Source of the DNA: a virus
Direction: 5' to 3' (one strand)
IMG/VR virus record: IMGVR_UViG_3300023181_000029
Coordinates: 1-64,000 of that record
DNA length: 64,000 nt
Part shown: positions 1-8,782 of the stretch, one piece after another
How the letters are laid out: the number at the start of each line of letters is the position of its first letter
Numbering within the stretch: position 1 is the first letter of the stretch
The notes under the pieces: generated by a model
Database searches by the model: none
Told to the model about the DNA's origin: nothing
The model's input: only the letters and a program-made list of their open reading frames with translations
Translations under genes and position numbers: made by a program

Positions 1-93
1 GCTGAAACCGAGCAAGGTTATGATTATTGGGAAGCTATTGCGTCCACTATGCTTCAATCTAACACCCCAACCGAATTAACCCCTACAGTATGA
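1..93 (+). CDS. Partial (3' end) hypothetical protein, identical to the C-terminus of 46568..46807
   Basis: Frame 1 reads AETEQGYDYWEAIASTMLQSNTPTELTPTV*. Confidence 0.75.
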   Translation, partial: AETEQGYDYWEAIASTMLQSNTPTELTPTV

Positions 94-97
94 GCAC
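1..97. repeat. Exact inverted repeat of 46564..46660
   Basis: Base-by-base comparison: 1..97 is the reverse complement of 46564..46660; identity ends after ATGAGCAC. Confidence 0.95.
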
Positions 98-144
98 CGA
101 GATAAGCCGATAACAAAATAACGATTGACTAAACCCACATAGAT

Positions 145-336
145 ATGACAGTAAGAGAAGTTATTGAAAAATTACAGCAACACCCACCTACAATGGAAGT
201 AATGGTGCGTAGTGTATTTGGAGAGTTTGACTTAGCGCCAGTTGAAAGGGTGCATTTAAAATCAGTCCGCTTCCATGATGATACGGAAGGTGGCCCCGAG
301 GCCTATGATGATTGTATAATTATTAATGAGGAATAA
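145..336 (+). CDS. Small phage hypothetical protein
   Basis: MTVREVIEKLQQHPPTMEV N-terminus resembles a common small phage protein family; A-rich leader. Confidence 0.7.
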   Translation: MTVREVIEKLQQHPPTMEVMVRSVFGEFDLAPVERVHLKSVRFHDDTEGGPEAYDDCIIINEE

Positions 337-346
337 ATAACTACTC

Positions 347-505
347 ATGCTAACATGGAATATAAACAACAAAGACTTGCTGATATTAATTAAACAAGTT
401 GAAGATTACGTGCTCAAAACAGAGGATGTGGTAAACATAAACATTATAAAAACCAAAGGTGGGTTTAAGGCTATCATAAGAAGCGAAGACCCTGAAGATA
501 AATAA
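347..505 (+). CDS. Hypothetical protein, 52 aa (below ORF-track cut-off)
   Basis: Manual translation MLTWNINNKD...EDPEDK*; fills the gap between co-oriented genes. Confidence 0.55.
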   Translation: MLTWNINNKDLLILIKQVEDYVLKTEDVVNINIIKTKGGFKAIIRSEDPEDK

Positions 506-509
506 AGCC

Positions 510-749
510 ATGACCGACAAACTACGCTCCGACCTGACAACCGCAATTGAGGCGGCAACGAAACCCATTAAATGGGAATTGTATAATGAATCGGAAGACC
601 ATTATACATTTATCGATATTGCAGATGGGGTGCATCAATCCGATGTACTTAAAGACAATATTTATGTGATATGCATGGAATTTGAAGAAAACGGTATGCC
701 ATTCAACACGGCTGCCTACGTCGACACTTTACGCAAATTAGGGTATTAA
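510..749 (+). CDS. Hypothetical protein
   Basis: ORF tightly packed in + strand unit. Confidence 0.6.
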   Translation: MTDKLRSDLTTAIEAATKPIKWELYNESEDHYTFIDIADGVHQSDVLKDNIYVICMEFEENGMPFNTAAYVDTLRKLGY

Positions 750-784
750 TCTTGGCACTACTCTTGCACCACAACCAATAAACT

Positions 785-970
785 ATGCCAGTAATCTCAA
801 TAATCCTCGTAATAGCCGTTTTAGGTGTGTTGGTGTGGCTGATAACTACAAGAATACCAATGCCTCCTCTGTATAAGAACATAATCTACATCGTTGCGCT
901 TATAGCCATTATCCTATACTTATTCAGGGCACTCGGTTTATGGGAGTATGTTAGTGCTGTGAGAATTTAG
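785..970 (+). CDS. Two-TM membrane protein, Thivi_2564-like
   Basis: Two hydrophobic helices around W-L-I-x-x-x-I-P-M-P-P. Confidence 0.7.
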   Translation: MPVISIILVIAVLGVLVWLITTRIPMPPLYKNIIYIVALIAIILYLFRALGLWEYVSAVRI

Positions 971-1025
971 TATATTTGAGTATGAAAAAGAAGTTCGATA
1001 GGCATTAGGTACTAAAACCTAATGT

Positions 1026-1295
1026 ATGCATTACAGAGTAGCAGAGGCTAAGGCTGAAAATAATGCCAGATGCCATAGACTTCTAACAACTATCAATCCA
1101 GACCCATATCCTTGGGCAGAAGAATCAGGCAGTTTATATAGATACCGAACTTGTAAAAGAGGCACGGTTGGGTACTGGAAACGAAAAGAGATCACATTGC
1201 AGCAAGTAAGGGAATATCGCTCATGGAAACACAATCGCAATACTCAATTTAAAACAACAAAACCCCAACGGTTAAGTCAGGGTTTTGAAGTATAG
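1026..1295 (+). CDS. Basic hypothetical protein (RSWKxxRxTQ-type)
   Basis: ORF downstream of TATATTTG box at 971..978; start uncertain. Confidence 0.55.
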   Translation: MHYRVAEAKAENNARCHRLLTTINPDPYPWAEESGSLYRYRTCKRGTVGYWKRKEITLQQVREYRSWKHNRNTQFKTTKPQRLSQGFEV

Positions 1296-1489
1296 GCCAG
1301 TTTTGCGTGTACACATTAAGCTGGTAATATTGGAATCAATTTCGTTACCTTATATGATTCCTAAATATCTTTCGATATGAACCCATAATTACTCATTATG
1401 GGGGTGTTATACAAACATAACACTATAATTCCTGCTGTGCAATACCTCTCTTTCCTATGAACAAAGCAATCATGGGGGTGCCTATAGTA

Positions 1490-1834
1490 TCAATATAAAT
1501 CTTCGCTAAATAATTTATTGCCGCGCACTTCTTTAGTGTCAATGGTTTGATTGGCGGCAATCGCTATCTGTAACCCTTCTTCTCTGCTAACGAATCTATC
1601 AAGGTTAGTAATAAATCCTTGCTCATGTGGGATTAAGGCGTGAAGCATCACCTTTCTATCGGCTTTATATTTATCTTGCGCAACACCCATCAATAGCGAT
1701 AGCGTAGCAAAACAGTTGTGATGCCTTCTGCCGGTTACAACAAATCCTGTTTCTATATTCTTTGGTTGGTGCGGGTAGTTTGGGTTGCAGTCGTTAAACC
1801 AAATCGCAGCACAAAGTATTTTCTCGCTTTTCAT
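1490..1834 (-). CDS. Conserved phage protein of unknown function
   Basis: Motifs CAAIW, GRRH, QGF..FVSREE, LFSEDLY. Confidence 0.75.
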   Translation of the reverse strand: MKSEKILCAAIWFNDCNPNYPHQPKNIETGFVVTGRRHHNCFATLSLLMGVAQDKYKADRKVMLHALIPHEQGFITNLDRFVSREEGLQIAIAANQTIDTKEVRGNKLFSEDLY

Positions 1835-2112
1835 ATCCCTCTCACAAGTTTATCAAATTCGTCATAATGTATATCCAGTACATACGTAGAGCCGTCGATA
1901 CTTACTTCCGTGGTGTCAACGTCGTCGAGCCATTGGTGTTTATTCTCAAAGTACGCTACTACGCTATCCAAATCTAATGTGACGCGCGTTCTAACTAAAT
2001 CGTCTTCGTCCGGTTCTGTTAGACTACGTAATAAATCATCGTCTATCTGCACTACCCGTTTGTGATAGTCTGATAGTACCCATGTAGCGGTAAATTCGTG
2101 GTATCTAGGCAT
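1831..2112 (-). CDS. Hypothetical protein
   Basis: Overlapping start/stop with neighbours. Confidence 0.65.
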   Translation of the reverse strand: MPRYHEFTATWVLSDYHKRVVQIDDDLLRSLTEPDEDDLVRTRVTLDLDSVVAYFENKHQWLDDVDTTEVSIDGSTYVLDIHYDEFDKLVRGI

Positions 2113-2423
2113 TATTTGTATTTATCTTTATTGAGTGGGCGAACCCTATTTTTAGCTGTTATTTCTCGTTTATGCTTTATGAGTGCCTTCTTACTTAGAG
2201 AACCCCCGACTGGTGTAACTGTTAACGGAGATTTATCTTTGCAAGTGCAGCCCTCTTTACCATACACTGCCGCGCCTATGCACATAGGTATTTCGTGACC
2301 TTTATACATGTGACAGACTTGTTTTATCGGCTTATCTCGAACCTTTAAGACTTTGCCCCAAAATATATCATCAATAGGCTCAAGCGACTGCATAGCGTGG
2401 ACATTCTTTTTTGCAATAAACAC
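2112..2423 (-). CDS. Hypothetical Cys-containing basic protein (start may be 2393)
   Basis: ORF in minus-strand operon. Confidence 0.55.
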   Translation of the reverse strand: MFIAKKNVHAMQSLEPIDDIFWGKVLKVRDKPIKQVCHMYKGHEIPMCIGAAVYGKEGCTCKDKSPLTVTPVGGSLSKKALIKHKREITAKNRVRPLNKDKYK

Positions 2424-2589
2424 AAGCAGCGGTATCTAATGCTTTATCCTTGTGGACTTGAATTAGCCCATGTTCACCACAGCGGAAATTAACGTAAGTG
2501 CCGTCATTATTCAATCCTAGCATTACTTTCTCTACTTTACTTAGTTTCTTTGGCTTCATATTAGTTATGGGATTTTTCTTGTGGTTCAA
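2380..2589 (-). CDS. Small zinc-ribbon-like protein (start likely 2559)
   Basis: CxxH...CxxC pattern. Confidence 0.55.
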   Translation of the reverse strand: MNHKKNPITNMKPKKLSKVEKVMLGLNNDGTYVNFRCGEHGLIQVHKDKALDTAACVYCKKECPRYAVA

Positions 2590-2758
2590 TATGCTCCTCT
2601 AGCCAATTCTCTATATCGGCATGATTCACTTGTGTTAGTCTTTCTTTTAGTAGTGTATGGCTAACGGCGGCATATTTCTTGCGCCTTTTAGCCGACAACA
2701 AGTACTGCCCAAAAGTCAATAAATCCGCTCTTGTAAATAATTGGGTATCTATATTCAT
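2561..2758 (-). CDS. Hypothetical protein
   Basis: ATGA overlap with upstream gene. Confidence 0.65.
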   Translation of the reverse strand: MNIDTQLFTRADLLTFGQYLLSAKRRKKYAAVSHTLLKERLTQVNHADIENWLEEHIEPQEKSHN

Positions 2759-2964
2759 ACGTCATCCTTACCTAAAGCGTTATTAGAATCATCCTCTGTT
2801 GATAGAAGAATAAAATTAGTTATAACATTCGCCCCGCAATCCTTCTCTGTTTCAGCCTCTATTTCCGAAAGCTGCTCATGCGTGGTTAATGCAGCCTGTA
2901 GCGTTACTATTTTGCGTCCAGTCATTGATTTTGCAACATAGGATATAAAATATCTGTAAGTCAT
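2755..2964 (-). CDS. Hypothetical protein
   Basis: ATGA overlap. Confidence 0.65.
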   Translation of the reverse strand: MTYRYFISYVAKSMTGRKIVTLQAALTTHEQLSEIEAETEKDCGANVITNFILLSTEDDSNNALGKDDV

Positions 2965-3617
2965 ACGTTGTCTTTTTCTTCGTTATAAATTTCCCAATCG
3001 GTTGCCTCAAGGTCACTAAGTGTAATAAGATAATCAGACTTGCTAAATGTTGTAAACGGGGAGCACACTAAAAACCTTCCATTATCAATGGTAATGCTCC
3101 ATTTTGGGAGCTGTTCTTTTCTCCTAACCCTCCAACCAGCCTTCATTTGTTCCAGCGCCCATTGAAAGTTGTTGCCTTTCGTTTCAGGCTCGTATAGCTG
3201 CCAGTCTGTAGCGGAAGTCAACAGGTCGCCAAACTCTGATATGATTGACGGCTTGCCATTATCTATCATTCCGTAATAAATTCCAAGTGTTTCGAAATAA
3301 GAAATATCAGGACGAGAACTTACGCACACTCGCTTCCCTTCCGCCATCATTTCAACCGCCCACTCCCAACTTCCAGCCGCAACAACCTTTTGTTCAGGCG
3401 GCGTGTATCCCTTATTGATTGCTTCCTTGATTTGTTGACGCGCATTAGTGTCGGCGGTATTAACTGGATTATTGACTATCCACTCATAAATCTTACGTGC
3501 CTCAACAAATAACCTATCGCCGTTATAGCTTTTAACTGCAATGTCTATACAGTATTTGCGTAGTTCTGTTTCGTTGTCTTTCATGTCAGTTGTTTCATTT
3601 CCTACTGGTGCGCTCAT
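2961..3617 (-). CDS. Tandem DUF2829 (Tad2-like) domain protein
   Basis: Two copies of pattern (F/W)xWAxExMxxGxRV ... ATDWxxY. Confidence 0.6.
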   Translation of the reverse strand: MSAPVGNETTDMKDNETELRKYCIDIAVKSYNGDRLFVEARKIYEWIVNNPVNTADTNARQQIKEAINKGYTPPEQKVVAAGSWEWAVEMMAEGKRVCVSSRPDISYFETLGIYYGMIDNGKPSIISEFGDLLTSATDWQLYEPETKGNNFQWALEQMKAGWRVRRKEQLPKWSITIDNGRFLVCSPFTTFSKSDYLITLSDLEATDWEIYNEEKDNV

Positions 3618-3811
3618 AATCTTGGGGTTAACTTTTCAATCAAAGCATCTATTTTTTCTACCTGTGCTTCAATAGTAGTTCGCCGTGCTGCGAAGTCGTC
3701 ATTAGATAGCTTAAAGAAATTATCAACTATTTCCTTGCGCTGTTTTATCAGTTCAGTTATTGCTTCGTTCATATCTTCTCTGTTTGTGGAAGTGGTGGTG
3801 CAAACATCCAT
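3614..3811 (-). CDS. Small coiled-coil hypothetical protein (start likely 3772)
   Basis: ATGA overlap at 3769..3772. Confidence 0.55.
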   Translation of the reverse strand: MDVCTTTSTNREDMNEAITELIKQRKEIVDNFFKLSNDDFAARRTTIEAQVEKIDALIEKLTPRL

Positions 3812-4113
3812 ACAGGGTATTCATTTTTATGAACCGGCAACCTTCCGCATGATGGTTCCCATGTTTCGGTTTCATCATCAAATTTAGCCATGCCTGCAAA
3901 CCCTTCTTTGTTTCTAACGTAGACCCATATGCCATAAGGCGCTGATTTATACTTGGTAATATTCCACGGGGATTGTTCTGCCTTAGCCTCGTAACCAGCT
4001 AGGAACATCTTTTCAAATAGGGCAGTCCTATGCTTTGATAATTCAAAATCAGAAGTGTTTTCAGTAAGTATCTCGGCGGCTTCTTTTGCGGCTTTGGCTT
4101 GTTCTTGGTTCAT
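3769..4113 (-). CDS. DUF551-like phage protein
   Basis: FLAGYE..SPW and C-terminal WMxxPxLP motif. Confidence 0.55.
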   Translation of the reverse strand: MNQEQAKAAKEAAEILTENTSDFELSKHRTALFEKMFLAGYEAKAEQSPWNITKYKSAPYGIWVYVRNKEGFAGMAKFDDETETWEPSCGRLPVHKNEYPVWMFAPPLPQTEKI

Positions 4114-4517
4114 GTTGTGGTGGTTTTTAGTTTATAGGTTCCTTCAGGTAATAACCCTAAATCGTAACCTTTGGATAATAGGTAGGCGGTGGTGGCGGGC
4201 GTTATTGCATCAAGAATAACTATTCCAGAGTATTTCCCATGCTGATAAAGAATGCCGCCTTTAAGGTGCCTTAGCTGCGTACGTTCCACTTCGGATACCC
4301 CAAATTGAATATTTATCACCTCCCTCATATGCTCCTCGGTCATGGCTGATAGTGGGATAAGGATAGGGGTAAACCTCGCTCGAATTAATGAGTATCTACT
4401 ACCGTCTGAATCGAGCATAAACCATTCTTCCCGCATATGTTCGTACCCAGTTAACTTACATGTACCATATGGTGTTTCGCACTCAATAGCGCCGATATAC
4501 AGTTGTAGATTATCCAT
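4110..4517 (-). CDS. Hypothetical protein, paralogue of 58939..59334
   Basis: YIGAxxE and PILxPLSxMTEE motifs. Confidence 0.65.
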   Translation of the reverse strand: MDNLQLYIGAIECETPYGTCKLTGYEHMREEWFMLDSDGSRYSLIRARFTPILIPLSAMTEEHMREVINIQFGVSEVERTQLRHLKGGILYQHGKYSGIVILDAITPATTAYLLSKGYDLGLLPEGTYKLKTTTT

Positions 4518-4528
4518 TTGTAATATTT

Positions 4529-5026
4529 TCAGAGGTCCATGAATTTACTATGTGGTGTTGTGGATTTTAGGTACAAAGGGTGTTTCGGCGAGCCCCCCTT
4601 ATTCTTACCAAAACACATTGCATCAGCACCATACAGATCCGTAAAGTATTTGGTACGCCATTGTAATTGTGGCCGGTCCGCTATGTTAGACCAACAAAAT
4701 ACAACTACCTTACAACTTCTCCTTTGAGAGGCTAGTAAATCGGCATATTCTGGATGCACTAATTCACTAATTTCTTTATCGTACAGCACCTCCGGATGAG
4801 CTGAAACCAGCGTGAATAGGTTATGCATAAAGAAGCCACCTCCGCCATTGTTAGCTGTGAGGGTGTATAGCCGTCTTATTGTTGGGTCGTCCCCTGTTTC
4901 ATTTGCTGTGCTGGGATTAAGTCCCACATACATAAACAAGGGCTTACTGTCATCCCAAATTCGCCACAGCGCGAGCCTATGGCGATTATCATCTTTGAAT
5001 ACGGCTCCATTAATGCAGTTATCCAT
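4529..5026 (-). CDS. DUF1643 family protein
   Basis: LWRIWD, GLNPSTA, DDPTIRR, PKHPLY motifs. Confidence 0.85.
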   Translation of the reverse strand: MDNCINGAVFKDDNRHRLALWRIWDDSKPLFMYVGLNPSTANETGDDPTIRRLYTLTANNGGGGFFMHNLFTLVSAHPEVLYDKEISELVHPEYADLLASQRRSCKVVVFCWSNIADRPQLQWRTKYFTDLYGADAMCFGKNKGGSPKHPLYLKSTTPHSKFMDL

Positions 5027-5756
5027 TGCTTTGTCCCTCCTCCTTAATTACCGCGTAACCGGCCTCAACTACCTTATCTGCCTCGTTGTATGACTTTCTG
5101 TAAATGAGCATATATATTTGTTTACGAGTTATATTGTATTTTTTAGCCAGTGATACTTGGGTTATCCCACCTGATTTAAATTCATTCCTTATAGCTTCTG
5201 CTTCCAAATTAGTAAACTTAGCATTGCTATTCTTCTCGCCCCACGCTTGCTTTGTGTTGCCCAAAACCTCCCTTGAGTGTAAATTATTCTCAGCATAGGT
5301 GCACCATTCTAGGTTGCTTACCTTATTATTTAATTTATCCCCATCTATATGATTAACGCAAGGCTTGTTTTTGGGATTTTCTATAAAAGCAATGGCCACT
5401 AGTCTATGGACATGCTTAGTTAATGCAGTGTAATTACTAGTAAGTGTAACCCCGTAATATCCGTTTGTGATATGCGTTTTACGGTAAGTAAACCCAACCT
5501 TATTTTTCTTTCTTACCCTACCTTCTGAACTGACTTGATATTTTTCATACCCCTCAATAGGCAGAATAATCCACGTCTCATCCTCTAATGGCGTATCTAG
5601 TGCGTTATGCAAACATGATGATATTGGATTGTTTATTGCTACTCTGCGTCGGCAATTAGATTTTACCGTAGCGCCACATAGGCAAGGTTTGTCTTTTTTA
5701 GAGCCAATAACCTTACCTCTCATTCCAATCACCTGCGGTATAGTTAATGTGCTCAT
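5019..5756 (-). CDS. NUMOD4-HNH homing endonuclease
   Basis: IEGYEKYQVSSEGRV; VHRLVA..VNHIDGDKLNNKVSNLEW; C-terminal HTH. Confidence 0.9.
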   Translation of the reverse strand: MSTLTIPQVIGMRGKVIGSKKDKPCLCGATVKSNCRRRVAINNPISSCLHNALDTPLEDETWIILPIEGYEKYQVSSEGRVRKKNKVGFTYRKTHITNGYYGVTLTSNYTALTKHVHRLVAIAFIENPKNKPCVNHIDGDKLNNKVSNLEWCTYAENNLHSREVLGNTKQAWGEKNSNAKFTNLEAEAIRNEFKSGGITQVSLAKKYNITRKQIYMLIYRKSYNEADKVVEAGYAVIKEEGQSNG

Positions 5757-5917
5757 TTATTTTCTTTTACGGGGTATTTCTCGTCCATTGTATCTCTAAC
5801 AACCTCCGATAGCGACTTATCATTTTTTACAGCAATCTTTTCCCAATGATTCTTTTGGCCTTCTGTTGTTCTAACCTCAAATCTTTCTGTGAGGTCTTTT
5901 TTATATTTTCGCTTCAT
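5753..5917 (-). CDS. Ribbon-helix-helix DNA-binding protein, 54 aa (not in ORF track)
   Basis: Manual translation MKRKYKKDLTERFEVRTTEGQKNHWEKIAVKNDKSLSEVVRDTMDEKYPVKENK; ATGA overlap with HNH gene; first gene after promoter. Confidence 0.7.
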   Translation of the reverse strand: MKRKYKKDLTERFEVRTTEGQKNHWEKIAVKNDKSLSEVVRDTMDEKYPVKENK

Positions 5918-5923
5918 ACCGTA

Positions 5924-5986
5924 CAAAGATAAGTAAAGTTATTACGTACGCAAATTTGTTTAACAATTTTCTTTATCCTACCTTTG
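5924..5986. promoter_or_regulatory. Divergent Bacteroidota-type promoters
   Basis: Minus TATCTTTG 5924..5931; plus TACCTTTG 5979..5986 (TAnnTTTG -7 box). Confidence 0.7.
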
Positions 5987-6002
5987 GAGCAAATAATAAG
6001 AC

Positions 6003-6203
6003 ATGGAAGGAATATCAGTATCAATCCCGTATTTGCAGAACGAAGAAAATGGTCAACTAAAGTTATCGCTAACTAATATAGGCGAAGGGGAGTACTCTAT
6101 AAACTTTGAGCTGGAATTCGAAGCGTCGGATATAATTTCAATAGACGAGAAACAGTTACGCAAAGCACTCGAAATTCTTGACGGGCTAAAGGGGTCACAA
6201 TGA
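6003..6203 (+). CDS. Hypothetical protein
   Basis: First ORF after promoter. Confidence 0.6.
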   Translation: MEGISVSIPYLQNEENGQLKLSLTNIGEGEYSINFELEFEASDIISIDEKQLRKALEILDGLKGSQ

Positions 6204-6445
6204 CAATCACACACGACATGGAGCCGCATAGTAGCGACATGATAAGCAAAGCTGAGTTACTGGCTTATTTAGAGAAGCGATGTGTGATTCACAAAAGAAT
6301 TGAGTTGAATGCCAAGATTAGAACAGAAAAGCGAGTGAATCGAGCCATAGCTGTGGAACTGCTAAGAATGTATAGCGAAATTGGCGGCAATAAAACCGAA
6401 ATAGAGAATAAATTAAAGGAATTATATAAAACAACAATAAAATGA
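6200..6445 (+). CDS. Hypothetical protein
   Basis: ATGA overlaps. Confidence 0.6.
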   Translation: MTITHDMEPHSSDMISKAELLAYLEKRCVIHKRIELNAKIRTEKRVNRAIAVELLRMYSEIGGNKTEIENKLKELYKTTIK

Positions 6446-6753
6446 GAATCCAAGCATCAGGCACAATAACTAAAGTAACAGTTGACGGCGAGAAGGGTCA
6501 ATTAGTAATTACCGACAAGGACGATAGGCTATATGCCTTTGAGTTCTATAAGAAGGCCGAACTAATCCAAAACCTTAAAGAAGGCACCAGTGTAGAAGTA
6601 ACAGCTTTTATAAATACTCGCGAATGGAATAACAAGTATTTCGTCAACCTCAACGGCACCGAAGTAAAGGTAGTTGGCGATGTATTGAAAAATGCAAGAC
6701 CGGCAGAAGATAATAATAAAGAGGATGAACTGGACGATTCGCTACCCTTCTAG
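6442..6753 (+). CDS. DUF3127-like OB-fold ssDNA-binding protein
   Basis: INTREWNNKYF motif and acidic DDSLPF SSB-type tail. Confidence 0.75.
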   Translation: MRIQASGTITKVTVDGEKGQLVITDKDDRLYAFEFYKKAELIQNLKEGTSVEVTAFINTREWNNKYFVNLNGTEVKVVGDVLKNARPAEDNNKEDELDDSLPF

Positions 6754-6792
6754 TATTTTTAGTTTCCATTCTAATTGCGTATATTTACAAAT

Positions 6793-7314
6793 ATGAAGAA
6801 CTGTAGAAGATGCAACATAGAAAAACCGTTGACAGATTATTACAAACACGCCCAAATGGGCGATGGACACTTGAATATTTGTATTGATTGCACAAAAGCA
6901 AGAATTAACGAGCGGTTTAATAAGAAAATACAAGACCCCAGCTTCAAAGAAAGCGAGAAGCATAGGTCGAGAGAGAAATACCATAGATTATATGCAGGAA
7001 CAATAACCGTAGACCCTGAGTATAAAAAGAAAACAACGGCTAAGTATAATGAAAGATACCCAGAAAAAGCTAAAGCTCAATTATTATCACAACACGTCAA
7101 GCCTCTAATAAAAGGCAATCAGATGCACCATTGGAGTTATAATATTGAACACGCAAAATCTGTTATTGAAATGTCGCCAATGGAACACGCAAAGCTCCAC
7201 CGATACATAAAATACGACCAAGAGCGTATGATGTACCGTGGACTTGGTGGCGTATTGCTTGATACTAGAGAAGCGCATATTGCTTATTACGAAAGTTTAA
7301 AGGATAAGCCGTAG
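6793..7314 (+). CDS. Zn-binding HNH-like endonuclease
   Basis: CxxC...CxxC N-terminus, HHWSY..H; ATG 6793 follows TATATTTA 6780..6787. Confidence 0.6.
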   Translation: MKNCRRCNIEKPLTDYYKHAQMGDGHLNICIDCTKARINERFNKKIQDPSFKESEKHRSREKYHRLYAGTITVDPEYKKKTTAKYNERYPEKAKAQLLSQHVKPLIKGNQMHHWSYNIEHAKSVIEMSPMEHAKLHRYIKYDQERMMYRGLGGVLLDTREAHIAYYESLKDKP

Positions 7315-7317
7315 TGT

Positions 7318-7359
7318 TGCAAATAATTCTTGCACATATCATTTTTAGCACTATCTTTG
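7318..7359 (+). promoter_or_regulatory. Promoter with TGCAA-N7-TTGCA palindrome
   Basis: TGCAAATAATTCTTGCA 7318..7334; TATCTTTG 7352..7359. Confidence 0.7.
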
Positions 7360-7390
7360 AACTAACGACCAAAACAATCGTTCAAGACGT

Positions 7391-8170
7391 ATGCCGATTT
7401 CTCAATTAATTCCTGTTACCTGTCTGAAAATCAACGGTAACACAGCAAGCCCTACTAACATAGGCATCAACCCTTACAACATTACGTTTGTTTCTCCAAT
7501 AGGAGTGACGGGCAATAACCAAATCATGCTTGACGGCAATGATTCGGCTTACAGAACGCTTGTTGTTAGTGACAATTTGCAAGACATAATCCAAGCATGT
7601 AGCGCTGCTGGTGCTTATGAAGCAGGATTAACCACTTGTACCTGTATAGCGAAGGACGGCAATACGCTTGTTGCCCCGCTATCAATCATAGTAAACACTA
7701 GGTACGTGTCGGAATACATCCCATTGTATAATGAGGATGGTTCTTTCTATGGTACTAAGATGATTTATGTGCAGAAAATGAAGATTCGCGAATGGCGTAG
7801 ACCGATAATTGTGTCGGAAGACCTTATTGGCGTAACTTCTGCCGATACTTACACCTACAGAGGCGAACCAAACAACCCTGCTGGTCAACAACCGGGCAAT
7901 AAGTTTATCGTTAATATGCCACAAGGCGTATTTAAAACCACTCCCCTTACTACCGCTGCTGGTTCGTTCACTACATTTACATTGGAGAACTCATTTATCA
8001 CCCCAACATCGGTGGTTATGTTTGAGATTGACGACTACGCTGGCACAACTGGTACTCCGGTTATCGAGGAAGCAGTTCCGCTTAACGGCTCAATTAGCTT
8101 CCGCGTAAACAACACGGGCGCTGCGGTACTGAATGGTGTGCTTACAATATCGTTTGCGGTAGAATTGTAA
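7391..8170 (+). CDS. Putative virion decoration/fibre protein
   Basis: Two N-terminal repeats and a Thr-rich beta C-terminal domain (LTTAAGS..FTLENS..GTP..LNGVLTISF). Confidence 0.5.
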   Translation: MPISQLIPVTCLKINGNTASPTNIGINPYNITFVSPIGVTGNNQIMLDGNDSAYRTLVVSDNLQDIIQACSAAGAYEAGLTTCTCIAKDGNTLVAPLSIIVNTRYVSEYIPLYNEDGSFYGTKMIYVQKMKIREWRRPIIVSEDLIGVTSADTYTYRGEPNNPAGQQPGNKFIVNMPQGVFKTTPLTTAAGSFTTFTLENSFITPTSVVMFEIDDYAGTTGTPVIEEAVPLNGSISFRVNNTGAAVLNGVLTISFAVEL

Positions 8171-8176
8171 CCGCTT

Positions 8177-8782
8177 ATGATAGGAAAGGTGAGAGTGATT
8201 AATTTAAAAAGGAGAAAAGACCGTATGTTGAAAATGCAGCAAAGACTAGATGGGCGAAATATCCCGTTTGAAGTACTGGAAGCAGTAGATTTTCAGCAAA
8301 CACCTATCTCTCAGGATAAATTATCACACACCGAGTACTGTTGCTTACAATCACATAAAAAGGCACTTGTGGGAAACCATGAGTGCCTTACTATTTTAGA
8401 GGACGATGTGATATTCCACCATGATTTCACCAATAGATTTAAGTCATTCATGTGTAAAGTGCCTGACTGGGACGGGATAATGTGGGGTTGCGTTCACATG
8501 ACGCTACCAAAGTTCGTTAACCCGCAAGTAGTTCAGTGCACTTACACATTAGGGGCATATGCTTTCACAGTTAAACCTCATGTAGCCGCTGAGTTAATCG
8601 CTATGTACGAAGTAGGCGACAAACAATCAGACGTATGTATCGGCGAGTTACAATCCAAGTACAAATTCTATGCACCAACAGAAGGGTTAATAGGTGTAGA
8701 AAAAGATTGGTCTGATGTGAAGCAGATGGTTTACAATCCAAAGACATTTTATTTACGAGATAATTTTCGCTATCGTGATTAA
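8177..8782 (+). CDS. Glycosyltransferase family 25
   Basis: VINLKRRKDR, EAVD, CxxSH, ILEDD motifs. Confidence 0.85.
   Translation: MIGKVRVINLKRRKDRMLKMQQRLDGRNIPFEVLEAVDFQQTPISQDKLSHTEYCCLQSHKKALVGNHECLTILEDDVIFHHDFTNRFKSFMCKVPDWDGIMWGCVHMTLPKFVNPQVVQCTYTLGAYAFTVKPHVAAELIAMYEVGDKQSDVCIGELQSKYKFYAPTEGLIGVEKDWSDVKQMVYNPKTFYLRDNFRYRD

Noticed and set aside
1296-1489. Short minus-strand ORFs with TAG read-through
   Set aside because: Very short and unsupported by the rest of the genome
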